A stretch of DNA of 64,000 nucleotides, from contig NC_058382.1 of assembly GCF_018350175.1 (NCBI RefSeq), forward strand, positions 55,740,001-55,804,000, given 5' to 3'. The stretch comes from Felis catus (Eukaryota). The translations under genes were made by a program, and so were the position numbers. This document shows, one piece after another, positions 1-11,850 of this stretch. Positions within the stretch are counted from its first letter, which is position 1. Every line of letters starts with the position of its first letter. The notes under the pieces were generated by a model that was not told the origin of the DNA, searched no databases, and saw only the letters and a program-made list of their open reading frames with translations.

Positions 1-929
1 CTTTCCCTGAGTTGGGGCCCTTCAGTAGCTTACAGACTTCCACTTTGCCACTTTAGCAATCCTGGTAGGCCAAAGAACACTCTTTTCCAAATAATATCAG
101 CAAATGTTCCTAGAGTGACATGTAGGGGCCTGGCTTTAATCTGAATCCAACACCTTGATTCTGATTGGCTAGGCTTGGGTCATTGACCCTCCCTTGGTGA
201 GGGAAGCCGGGGAGGGGAGGGGGCATGGTGTGGGGTGGAGGGGGTGGGGGGAGATCAAAGTCGGGGACTCACCAGGTGGAGGGTGCTTTCCAAAGTGCTG
301 TAAGTGCCTAGGACAGGATGCGGCAGGTGCACTGGGACATGGGCTTTTGCTGTTTTTAAGGAAGACCCGTAGTAGAAATGGAGGTTTCTCTCCGACCTGC
401 AGAGACAGTTAAAAAACACACACACACAAAGCTCCTAAAGGAAATCAATTACAGATCACAGTTATGGGGTGAATCCAGGGACTTAGCTGAGATTGACGAC
501 GGGGAGGTGTGACAAGAAGAGGAAGTCGAGAGATAGCTAGCAAAGGAGGAAGAAGGTTCTGGGATTTCCGTTGTCAGTACATGGTCCTGAGGAGGGAGGA
601 CCACTTGCTTCTTGGACGAGAGAAAGACGGCTGTGAGGGGGATGTCTTTGGTTACCTTCTAGCTGATGGCCCCCCCTTGTTTCTAGCTCCTGCATGGCTG
701 GGCCCTGGTTGCTGAAAAGGGACTTTTCAGAGCAAATCTTCACACCCCGACAAGCTCTGTCTGCCTTGTAAGTCTTTACACACACCAAGAGACCCTGACA
801 GAGAGCTCTGGTCTCTGAGACGACTGTCAGATTGGGGCTAAGATTGGCAGTGCTCACCTTCTAGGCGGCCACTCCTTACCCTCGCATTTATCTTTGAAAA
901 TGACCATGACTGTAATTAACAATACCGCA

Positions 930-1107
930 CGTTTAAAAGTTGGTTCCCATCATAAGAGAAAAAGTTTGTAACTACGTGGGGTGGTGAGATTGATGTTAAC
1001 TAAGCATATTGCAGTGATCATTTTGCTATATGTACACATACTGAATTGTTAGGCTTACGCCTTAAACTAATCCCGTGTTGTATGTCAACTACGTCTCCAT
1101 AAAACGG
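930..1107 (+). mobile_element. Old L1 (L1MA-like) 3' end fragment
   Basis: ...gtgatcattttgctatatgtaca...tgtatgtcaactacgtctccataaaac resembles the typical L1M 3' terminus. Confidence 0.75.
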
Positions 1108-1344
1108 GTAGAAATGAGCGAGGAGACAGGTGATATCATTGGTGCTATGGCAGCTAAACTCTGAAGTCAGTTGATTGAGAGTACGGTTCAAACTGCTTTT
1201 TCTCTACCTGACTCCCAGGGAGAGCCTCAGATACCTGTTTCTTTCATTCTTGCCCTGGGTAAGGGTTCATCTCTTTTGGTGCTATGTAACTGGACAGGAT
1301 GGACACTAAAGCCCTTAGCTCTCATATCTAGGTGAGTTTTCCTG

Positions 1345-1960
1345 ATTCTTTAAAAACACAAGCCAGATCATGTCGTTCTTTGTTCAGAGCTATCTGATGG
1401 CCTTTTATCTTTCTCACAGTCAAGCCAAGCCCTAACAAGGCTCATGCTTGGTCTTATTCTGTCCCCCCTCACCAGCTGCCCTTGACTCTCTGGCTTTCTC
1501 ACTTTCTACTCTTGCCCTCGTTCACTCCACAGCAGCCACCGGGCCTCCTCGCTTACTGATTTTATTGTCTGTCTGCCCTGTCCCCCACCATGTGGCCAGC
1601 TTCTTAAACTCAGGACCTTTTTTTTCTGTTCTACTTGCTGCCCCTGGAGAAATATCTACGCATAGTAGGTACTCAGTAACTATCGTCTGAATTGAGTTGG
1701 TGCATTAACTCGTGAACGTGTGCATGCATTCATTTCTGCAACATTTAGAATGTGCACAAAGTGCCAGCTAGTGAAGAGGAGCTGCCGTGAGCAAGACAAG
1801 CTCCACATGGTCTGGGCCTCCAGTAGCTCATACCCTAGTGAGAAGAGCAGGCAAGCCAACAATAGCAATCCAATGTGATAATTACCATGAGGCTGTGTAA
1901 ACCCCGGGTGCGAAGGGAGCCTGGGGAGAGGGGAGACCAGCCAGGGGGGCTCAGGGTCCT
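1345..1960. mobile_element. L2 LINE fragments (opposite orientations)
   Basis: ccagatcatgtc..., gcatagtaggtactcagtaa and the reverse cattcatt...gtgccag motifs typical of the L2 3' region. Confidence 0.6.
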
Positions 1961-2426
1961 TCCTGTTTCGGCACATGTGATTCCATCTGCAGACCCAACA
2001 CGTAATTAATTGCTAGTTCATGTTTATTTCCTGTTGGAACTGCCTCCAGGTGTGTGTGCCTCTGTTGTGAACGAATGCATTCCAAATCCAGCAGGTTTCC
2101 CGGCTCCCATGTGCAGTGTTAACTCCTGTGCCATTTAGTCTCCGCTTAACTGGGTTTGCTGGTGGAAAATTGCTGTTTCCTCTCTGTGATGAGGAGAGAA
2201 GGAAAACCGGAGACCACTGCTGCCTCTTGATTCCAAGGAACAGGAGCAGAGAGATGCCGGAGGCACTTCTAACCGCCAGTCCAGCACAGGTGATTGGCTC
2301 AGGTGGGGCAGGGACGCCAGATTCCAGCTTCCGCCTCTGATCTCCTCCCTTGTTCTCCCCCTAGTCACCCTCTTCCTGTTATTCAAGCCTCAATTTAAAT
2401 GCCACCTCCTGCCTGGAGTGGGGGTG

Positions 2427-2638
2427 GGGGGTGCCTGGGTGGCTCAGTCAGTCAAGTGGCCGACTTCAGCTCAGGTCGTGATGTCACAGTTAGTGAGTTC
2501 AAGCCCCGCATCGGGCTCTGTGCTGACAGAGCCTGGAGGCTGCTTCGGATTCTGTGTTTCCCCTCTCTCTTTCTGTCCCTTCCCCACTCACGCTCTCTCT
2601 TGCTCGCTCAAAAATAAATAACCAAAAAACAAAAAAAA
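2427..2638 (+). mobile_element. Can-SINE (feliform SINEC) inserted in L2
   Basis: gggtgcctgggtggctcagtc head, CT-rich region, aaataaa/A tail; TSD aatttaaatgc(c/a)acctcct at 2392-2410 and 2637-2655. Confidence 0.95.
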
Positions 2639-3484
2639 TTTAAATGCAACCTCCTCAGAAAGGCAGCCCCTGACCACCCTATCTAACATTGTCACCTTCC
2701 AGGTCCTTCTAATACATTTTCTTCAGATCACTAGCTACCGTTTGAACACATCCTGTTTTCTGTCTGTCTCCCTTGTGAGAAAGTCAAGTTCTATATGGAC
2801 AGTCTGTCCTGTTTGTGGCTGTGTCCCCCATACACATGGTAGGTGCTCCATAAATACTGGACAAACAGTTGATAGCGGAACACTTCAGCTACAGCATCAT
2901 GAAATCTTGAAATTTATAGGACTAGAAGGAGCCAGTACTGTTTGTTTTTTTTTGCTTGTTTGTTTGTTTGCTCCTGAGAAGGGCGAGGCCCGGGAAAGGA
3001 AGCAGCTCTACTCAAGCTACCCCAGAAGAAGAATCCAGGCTGACACCCTGTACTATAAGCCTGTGGGTCTCTACTGAGAAGGTTGCTGACAAGGGTTGTG
3101 TCTCCAAAGCCTTCCGGAGCCACAGCTCCTGGGCTGGTCCCGGCAGAGGCTCCCAGGGGTGCCCTCTAGTGGCAGCTCTGTGATAGACACTCAGCTGTCC
3201 CAAGCTCCCCGGAGTCCATGAGCAGAGTTGATGGGACACACCCTTCTCCTTCAGACTCACTCAGTTGGCTCCTTCTGGAGGCTTGTTACAGATTCCACCG
3301 GGGCCATGGTTGGCAAACACCAAAACCACAATTAATTCCAAAAATGACCATCAACAGTGATCAATAGTCCTTTTAGAGCCAAAAACGAATTTTGAGTACT
3401 AAATCACCTCAGCCTGTATTTTGCTCACTGCTCTTGTGTGTGCTGTTTCAAGAGCTGCTCAGATATTTTAGCCCTGTATTCTTT

Positions 3485-4240
3485 TTTTAAATGTATTTTG
3501 TTTAAATTGAGATATAACCTTCACAAAATAGATGGCAGACATTTAAAATTTGCAGCTCACTATTTTTTTTTCATATGTGTGCATTTAGAGAACCACCACT
3601 CTGATCCAGACATTTCCACCCCAGATACAGACATTTCCACCCCAGAGGGCAGGCTTGTGTGTACTCTCTCACAGATGATATGCTCCCCCCACCCCGGCCC
3701 CCGCACCACCAAATGTAACCACCATTTCCACTCTCATAATTTCATAGATTAGTTTTGCCTTTTCTTGCATTTTTATATAAATATCACTATTCAGTGCTAT
3801 TTTTTAATAGCTGGATATTTTCAGTCAATATTTTGACTATGCCATTGAATAGTTTATTTTTCTCCTTTGCTGTGCACTGTAACATAGTATGAACACATTG
3901 CAGTTTCCTTATTCATTCTACATTTAGGACACTTAGCTTGCTTTCAGTTTTTGTCAATTATGAATAATACCACTCAGAACATTTTCATACACGTATTTTC
4001 ATGGACTAAGCATTCACGTAGACTGTGTCTATGCCCAGGAGAGGAATTGCTAACGTATTTAGTTTTAATAAATATTACCAGACATTTTCCCGAAGGGATC
4101 ATACCCATTGACCCTGCCATCCACAGTGAAGGAGAGTTCCAGTTCTCATATACCTCTTCCAACTCTTGGTATTGTTCATGCTTTTGGATTTAACCATCTG
4201 GTACCTCAGCGTGATTGCATCATGCATTTCCCTCGTGGCA
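3485..4240 (-). mobile_element. Old L1 (L1M) 3' fragment
   Basis: ttgagatataac...cattctacattta...gagttccagttctcatatacctc...tggtacctca resembles an antisense L1 3'UTR/ORF2 end. Confidence 0.75.
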
Positions 4241-4710
4241 TATTTCATTGTTTTCTTACCCCTGCATTCTGAACAACTACACATTCCCTGTCCAGAGCTT
4301 GCACACTCCCAGAGTTTACAAACTGCCTTTAAACTCTTTTGACCTTTTCCATGAACTTTTTCTCTGTGTCTCCCCTGGAATGCAATGTCATCACCATCTA
4401 TGTAAGAATGTAGACTGGACACCTTGACTCTCTTCCTCCTTTACCACCTGTACACACACGATCGCTAAGTCCTAACGCCCCTATTTCTAAAAATATGCCC
4501 TGAATTGTTTGCTTCTTTTCATTCCTGTTGTGATCATCCCAGCTCAGTTTTGTCATTTTTTTGGTCCCTACTAGCAGAACATTGCCCTTATTATTCTCTT
4601 AGCTTAAGAATGGGCCCCGTCTATCTGAGAAAGTGTCCTCTTTGACTTAGCATGTAACACACCTGGAATCACAGACAATAATAACAGCAATGGTGACTGC
4701 TAACATTTTT

Positions 4711-4724
4711 ATTTTTTTTAATAG

Positions 4725-4775
<51 letters not shown>

Positions 4776-4980
4776 TGTTTATTTATTTTTGAGAGAGAGG
4801 GAGAGACAGAGTGTGAGCAGGGGAGGGGCAGAGAGAAAGAGGGAGACACAGAATCTGAAGCAGGTTCCAGGCTCTAAGCTCTCAGCACAGAGCCTGATGC
4901 CGGGCTCGAACCCACAAACCACGAGATCATGACTTGAGCCAAAGTCGGACATTTAACTGACTGAGCCACCCAGGTGCCCC
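4711..4980 (-). mobile_element. Can-SINE with (ATTT)n tail
   Basis: ends ...gagccacccaggtgcccc; TSD actgctaacattttt at 4696-4710 and 4982-4996. Confidence 0.95.
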
Positions 4981-5229
4981 AACTGCTAACATTTTTAGAA
5001 TGTTCAGTGTCTCGCAGGACTTTTAAAGGTTCTGGTTTACTTGTTACAATATCCCTGTGTCCTCTTGCTACCCTTCCCCCTTCCTCCCCCCAGTTTCAGA
5101 TGAGGGAAACAAACTTACAGAGGTTAGGTAACTGGAGTGAGGGCATGACAGGGTTGAGCTGGGGTTGGAAACCAGAGAGTCTGTCTGCACAGCAGACTGC
5201 TTAGCTACTCTATTATAGTTGCCAACAAT

Positions 5230-5677
5230 GTTTAATTGAAAGTTACAAGCTCCTATTTAATAAACAGATTTTGCTTTTCTACACAATTATAGTTTGGGGA
5301 TTTACAGTAATGTAACTGGGATTGAGGGAGTTCTGACAGCTGCCATCTTGGCTCGAGAGGCACTCCCTTACACTTGAAAATACAGTGGTATCCAGGCCAA
5401 TATTCAGGTTTGAGCCTCTCCAGAGTCAGTTAGTTTCCCATGGAGGAAAACCATCGATGACAGCAATGAATCACAGGGGAACTAGGTCAAGGAGTGTGCA
5501 TGCATCCCTGAAAACCATCTCCACTATCAGAGACCTGACTCGTACTGTAGGCACTGCTGATAATAGGGCTCCAGTGCTCTCTTCACATGTGAAGATGGCC
5601 TTCTGTATATAACCACGGAGATGGGTATTTCTAGAGCCAGCAGTCTCAACAATAGGTGCAGTAGAATTGGGTACCAT
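5230..5677 (-). pseudogene. Decayed U1 snRNP C (SNRPC)-like matrin-type zinc-finger retrocopy
   Basis: Minus strand with frameshifts: FYCTYC*DCWL*KYPSPWLYTEGHLH / KRALEPYYQQCLQ / RVRSLI aligns with recalled U1-C [47 protein letters not shown]; no introns; ATTAAA downstream at 5261-5256 and 5236-5231. Confidence 0.6.
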
Positions 5678-5879
5678 TCCTTCTGTATAGGTTCAAAATG
5701 GGGCTCAAAGCAGTCAACAAGCAATGTGACAATTCCTAGGAGTCCCAGGGGAACTTTCTCTTAGCATCCTGGGTTCTTATGGGGCTTCATAAAGGATGCA
5801 GGGATTTCATCCTCTTTAAATTAAACCTTCAGGACCTAGCCCTCTGGTATGATAACCCACCAGGGATTAAATGCAAAAA

Positions 5880-6290
5880 TAAGGTTTATTGAGCAATTAC
5901 AAAGTCTCAAGCACTGGGCTGAGCACTTTCTTGCCACAAGCTTATTTACAATTCACAATAACCTTATGAAGAGTTACTTTTATGATGTCCATTTTGCAGA
6001 TTGGGTTTCTGAGACCCAGAGAGGTTAACTAATGAGTCCCTAGGCGAGTGCTTCTCAGAATTTTACGGGTTTATGAATCACCAGGGGATCTGGTTGAAAT
6101 GCAGATTTTGATCTCCTGGGGCGGGTTAGGGCCTGAGATTCTGCATTTCTAATAAGCTCCCAGGTGATGCCTAGGCTGCTGGTTAGGGGACAGCACTGAG
6201 AGCTGGTAAATGGTGGAGTTGAGATTCTCTTACAGGCAGCAGGACTCTGGGGCTTTGTCTCTTCATCACCATGCTCTCTTGTTTCCTGTT
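5880..6290 (-). mobile_element. MIR interrupted by MER5A (6047-6203)
   Basis: MIR core ccattttgcaga...gagacccagagaggttaa; MER5A gaatcaccagggga...gcctgagattctgcatttctaataagctcccaggtgatgc. Confidence 0.8.
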
Positions 6291-6399
6291 GCAGCTCTTT
6301 AACACGTTAAGACCCATGAGTTCTCCCTTCCTGTCTATACCCCTGTCTCAGTAGCCTATTTGCTCTTCTGCTCACCTCCTGCCCTTCCCCTTCCCCACA

Positions 6400-6770
6400 C
6401 ATCCACAAGGCATATTCTGTCGTGTGCTTTTCTGGTTTCTCCTCAAATGTCTCCTCCCCAGGGAGGATGCTATCTGAAGTAGCTCCCCTTCCCTCTGCAG
6501 CAACCTGATGCCTCTCTCCTGTAATCCTCTTGTAAGCTTCTTCATAGCATTTATCACTCCAGATAGAATGTGAAATATACGTATGGTTTATTGTGCATTG
6601 TCTATCTCCACCACTAGAATAAGAATGTAAGGTCCATGAGGACAGGACTTTGTCAACTTTGTTCACTATTTTATCTTTAGCATCTAGAACAGTATTTGTA
6701 ACATAGTGAAGCTCAATAATTGTTTGTGAAATAAATGAATGAGAGAATGAATGAATGAATGAGTGAATGG
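6400..6770 (+). mobile_element. L2 3' end with (GAAT)n tail
   Basis: ctagaatgtaag-like, ccatgaggacagga...agaacagt...ctcaataa...tgaatgaatgaatg. Confidence 0.85.
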
Positions 6771-6799
6771 TCTAACTTCCTAATACATAGTAAAAACAG

Positions 6800-7015
6800 A
6801 AGCACCTAACATTTACTGAGCATATTCAATGCCGGAAAACATACCGTGCACTTTACCCAGATAGTGTCATTTGATTCTTGTAAAAACTCCTAGGGCTGTT
6901 GTTGTTATCCACAATTGTCAGAAGAGGAAACTGAGGCTCAGGGAGGTCTACTGATGTGCCCGAGGTCACACAGCTCTTAAATGACAGAATTCGACTTTTC
7001 ACCTAGATCTAACCC
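6800..7015 (-). mobile_element. MIR
   Basis: acatttactgagc...gaggaaactgaggctcagggagg...gcccgaggtcacacagct. Confidence 0.85.
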
Positions 7016-7869
7016 TCGTAAAGTCACCAAGAAGTCACTCTACTAGGTATGTGACCTCACCATTGTTTCCATGGAAACAGATCAGCTGAAACTGATCTGA
7101 ACTCAGCTGAAACTCAGCTGAAAATCACCTGGATGGGAACATTGAGCTTAGAGAGTGGGACCCCATGCTGGAATCACAGATATTTAAACAAGCTAGAAAA
7201 AAATCAGATGCCTGGCTTAGTAAATTCATCCTTATTTTCTTCATTTTTTATTTTCATCCTATAAGCCTCCTCCTGGTCAGGAAAAATGATTCCACTTGAT
7301 GTTTGCTTTTAATTTTACAAAATTGACCTCTGCTATGTGGAAGGATGTATTTTGCCATCAAGAATGTGCATGTTTAACCCCAGTATGGCAGGTCATACTA
7401 CTTCTTACAGCAGGCATGTTATCTCAGTGTGGAAGGAGAGTTTGGGGAGACGGGATTGCATTTTGTACTCGGTGCCCTCAGCAATTTCTGGTGCATTGTA
7501 AACAGTTAAATAGGAATAACCTCTTCCTAATCTTGGAAGCAGGTTAATGGGTTTATTTAATCACTGACAAAAGAGTGTATTATCTAGGTGGCAGGGAGAA
7601 CAGACAGAGGTGTGTGATCAGCTAGAATGGCAGAGGCCTGGGATTGAGGCTCTGGGCTTCTCCATGGCTTGACAATGATCCTGAAAATCACACTTTAAAG
7701 GGGAGAGCCACATACCCTCTCTTGCCAGTGATCAGAGACGTTCTCTTGCACATAAACAAGTCTGTGATTTTTCAGAAGCTGGGTCAGTCCTGGGTCCCCC
7801 CAAGTTCTGCGAGTGTCACCACTTGGCTTAAGAAACTGGGGATCACCAAGGCTTTTCAAAGTATTGTTT

Positions 7870-8100
7870 TCTTTCTTTTCTTTTTTAAAAAAATTTTAAT
7901 GTTTATTTATTTTTGAGGGACAGAGAGAGACAGAGAATGAGCAGGGAAGGGACAGAGAGAGGGGGAGACACAGACTCTGAAGCAGGCTCCAGGCTCTAAG
8001 CCATCAGCACAGAGCCCAACATGGAACTCGAACTCACAAACCTTGAAATCATGACCTGAGCCAAAGTCAGTTGTTTAACAGACAGCCACCCAGGAGTCCC
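7870..8100 (-). mobile_element. Can-SINE
   Basis: aatgtttatttatttttgag...acagactctgaagcaggctccagg...gccacccagg. Confidence 0.95.
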
Positions 8101-8469
8101 AAGATATTGGTTTTTTTTTTTCAAAGGAAGGAAACCAAGTTAAAGACTGTGGAGGTTCCTGTAAGAAGCCAGGAGAAGCACAGCTACAGGGCTCAAGGAC
8201 GCACGTGGTTGTATTCTTGGAGGTCTTTGCATTTGAATTGTGTGGGAAATGGAGGTTGACTCTGTTGAGAATGGGTAGATGTTTGAATCAATTAATGAAG
8301 TTTATAATACTAGTGGTAGTAAGCACAAAGGCAGTAACAGCATCACAAACCATGTTGAGCTTCCCACCTTTCGGTAGTCCCTTTACCTCCACAGGGGCCC
8401 CAGTAGGTATAGGACCAAGGTGCCTCATTTATTAAGAGTCTTTAGCTCCATTCCCTGGCCATGTAAGTT

Positions 8470-8940
8470 GGTTAGGATCCCAGAAGGATACGGATAATGT
8501 ATTCAAATTAATTTGAGGAGTATTTAGTGAGGGGAAAATATGTGGGTGGGGTATAGGGACACCAGAGGGATAGTGCTAATGTTCAAGGGTTAGCAACAGC
8601 CAGGCTATTAAAACCGTTGGTCCTGAAGGGACAAGAAGAGGGAATTGTTACTAAAACCTGAGAATCCTGCAAAGAGGATCTCTCTGAATGAAGCTGTTGG
8701 CCTTTGGTAGAGGGATGAAGCCAGCCCCAGCTGACTATGAAGGGAGGAAGTCCTGGCCCCATCCACTCCCTTCCCCTAGTGTCCTGCTGTGGCTCCCCAT
8801 TGGTCGCCCCTAGGCAGAAGCCAAAGTCAAGGAAGGACATGAATGCAATCCTCACAGGGCAGAGGGAAGGCAGCCAGGGCTTGACAGTGGAGCTGCAGGG
8901 GCCAGTGGACAAGAGCCAGAAAGCTGAGGGCGACTGGGCC
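8470..8940 (-). mobile_element. ERVL-class LTR (LTR33/LTR41-like)
   Basis: caaattaatttgaggag...gggatagtgc...gttagcaacag...cctgaagggacaag resembles LTR41-type consensus in reverse. Confidence 0.65.
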
Positions 8941-9344
8941 AGCATGGACTCCTCACCAGAATCAGCTCAATCAAGTCTCTTCCGCAGGAATTTAGAGCCA
9001 GGGCTGAGGGTCAGCTGGCAAGTGAGGTTGGGTGACTGGGAATTACTATGATTGTAGTATATTCAGGAACTATATTGGGTGATCCACAGTCTACTGTGTA
9101 GACAGCAAAACAGAGACAGCCAGTGCTCAGAGAGGGAAGGAGGATGGAAGTGTGCAGAAAGAGGCACAACCAAGAGACGGAGAATGGATACCACCCGGGA
9201 TCCTGCTTGTGGTCTCTTTCTGAAGATTGTCTATGCATAACTGTCCCCTTTTGCCTAAGCAGCTTTAGTGGGATTCTGATTTCCTAATTAAAATAAATAA
9301 CCATCATCTTGGAGCATTTACTATGAGCCAGGAAATAGGCTAAG

Positions 9345-9346
<2 letters not shown>

Positions 9347-9387
<41 letters not shown>

Positions 9388-9479
9388 GTAGGGGCTCAAA
9401 CTCATGACCCTGAGATCAAGACCTGAGCTGCTGAGATCAAGAGAGGGACGCTCAACCAACTGAGGCTCTCTGGTGCCCC
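9347..9479 (-). mobile_element. Short older Can-SINE inserted in MIR (MIR ~9300-9660)
   Basis: ctgagatcaagacctgag...ggacgctcaaccaactgag; TSD aggctaagtt(a/c)ttta; (ATTT)n tail. Confidence 0.85.
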
Positions 9480-9849
9480 AGGCTAAGTTCTTTATAAACA
9501 TTATCTGATTTCAAACAATTCTATATGATGCTTCTTTTCCAGAAGTGCAAACGGGGCCTTGGGAAGGTTAAATAGCTTGCTCAAGGTTACACAACAGGAA
9601 CAAGGCTGAACTGGGACTCGATCCCAGGTCTCTATGACTGTAAATCCCAGACTCCTGACTGCTTCTCTCCCCTGTGATGAGAAGAGTCTTCACTGTCCTT
9701 CAGGTTGGCTTCAGGACATCAGTGGGACATCACTGTGGTGCTGTGATTGACCCGGGAGCACTCATATTCATCTGTCAGCCCTTCACACTTCCCTCACCCT
9801 CTCCTCTTACACTCTGAGCCCTTGAGCTGTAGGGGCTGGTTATTAATCT

Positions 9850-10220
9850 TTGCTGCACCCCCAGATCCACTCTCTGCCTTCTTCTACTCTGTGCCAGTCC
9901 CAGGAGTCTGACTCCTCTGGGCTTCCTCTGGCTTCCACTGGGGTTCAGCCACTGGGGCAATGGCAGGGGTCAGAAGGATGGAGGAGAGAGAGGGGGGTAT
10001 TTCTTCACCTGCACCCTCTGTGCTCTGGCTCCTAGTAGGCTCTTGTAGCAGGATTTCCTGCCTGTGTCCCTCCAGTGCTGATGCTGCTAATGCTGCTCTC
10101 TGGTACCTGATCATCCCTTCCCAGTCCCCATAACCTTGCCCTTACCTGTAAACAGGCCCTTCTTTAAATTCTTTTCAGGATCTAGATGTGTCTTCTCTTT
10201 CCTGAGGGACCTTGTGCTGT
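9850..10220 (+). mobile_element. ERVL-class LTR (LTR33-like)
   Basis: ccccagatccactctct...cctctggcttcc...ggggttcagcc...gtaaacaggcccttctttaaa. Confidence 0.6.
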
Positions 10221-10805
10221 AAACCGTGTTCCTTCCTGTCTTCGTGAATGTCCAATCATGTGGTCAGGAGTGCTGGTCTAAAATACGGAAGCCCAGTACC
10301 TCAAGGCCACTCCACTGGCACACTGACCCTGCAGTTGCAAACCCAGCAACTCTTTTGGCTCATGACAGCCAGGCCTGTGCCCTGGGTCCCAAGCATTAGG
10401 CCTGCAGGGCCATCAGTGATTCTGGCTCAGGACATGCTGGGAGGGGCTTTCCTTCTGTAGTGCTCCTTAATAATGCACATGACAGCCATCAGGACATTTC
10501 AAGAAACTCAGTGACAGCTCCCTGGATAGCTGTGTCATTATAGTAATAATTTGAATCAATAGTGTAGTAAAGCTGCCATACATTTATTTCACCCAAGAGA
10601 TTAAGGGAACAATTATATAAACATTCTTTAGGAAAAAAACTAAACACCCCAGATAAAAAGGGAGACTGTGTGCTTGTCCCTAACCAAATGCTCTTCCTTT
10701 AATACATTTATTTTTTGCTGCTTTGTTACCAGACCCTGAATTCCCACACTCAAAAGGAATCAACATACAAATTTGCTGCACTTTATCTTCCAGCCAGGGA
10801 ACTTA

Positions 10806-10807
<2 letters not shown>

Positions 10808-10864
<57 letters not shown>
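10808..10864. repeat. (TG)n microsatellite
   Basis: uninterrupted TG run. Confidence 0.98.
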
Positions 10865-10867
<3 letters not shown>

Positions 10868-11748
10868 CTGCGTGTTTTGTCAACATCTTAGAATGCACAA
10901 TGCCAACCTCACCACCATGTACATGGCAGAAACTCACTAAGTGCTTGTGAACAGTGGCTGCAAGAGTTACTGTCTAAAAGAATCACAGTGGCCTGGCTTC
11001 TGAACACAGTGGTTTCTCCTGGTGATGAGGCTCTCCTTTCTGCCTTCCCCTTTTAGTATACTGGACCACAAACACCACCGTAATATGTTTGAAACTTCCA
11101 TGGTGACAGTTTTATCTTCACATTGGTCTGAGGGAGCTGCAGCTGGGAACATCGCAGGGGCTGGAAACAGCATTAACTTTCGGAGGCTAGATTTTCCTTT
11201 CTCCATACTATCTAGAGGATTCTCCAGTGTTCATCTGGTAGTTTGAACTTGGCCATAATTATAGTCTTATTATCCTCTCCAGCTTTACTTATCTCATTAT
11301 CTCCTCCCTCCTGTGTTAGAGGTCAGTAGAACATCCCTTTTATTAGCCACTTAATCCTTCTATCTAGTAGTTCAACCATGATGGATCCACTTAAGGTCCT
11401 TCTTTGTAGTTAACTTTGCTGACCTTTGCGATTCCACCCTCCCTCACCCCCTGAGCCTTTTCACTGGGCACAAGCAGCCTGGTTTTCTAGATCAGAAGTT
11501 TATTATCATGAATGTTATTGTAAGGAAGTCAAGTTTCATCATTGGTGAATGAGCACTGCCTTATTTTTATGCTCCTTTCCCCCCTGTACTTTTTCTGAAG
11601 GTTGGCTCTTCTCTCTTTGCATATTTGTTTTTGAACTGTTCTAAACTTTTGGTAACAGAAGGGCTAAGACTGATGTCTAAAAATCCACTTTCATAGGAAA
11701 GAGCGGGACCTCATGGCCAGTCATAGATGGATTGAAAGACCCCTGTTA

Positions 11749-11750
<2 letters not shown>

Positions 11751-11798
<48 letters not shown>

Positions 11799-11850
11799 GA
11801 GAGAGAGGGAGAGAGAGAGACAGAAGGGGGAAGGGAGGGAGAGGGAGAGA
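11751..11850. repeat. (TG)n-(GA)n compound microsatellite
   Basis: seen directly. Confidence 0.95.

Noticed and set aside
195..252. G-quadruplex-like G-run cluster as a promoter
   Set aside because: No CpG island or other promoter evidence, and it adjoins an old MaLR-like fragment.
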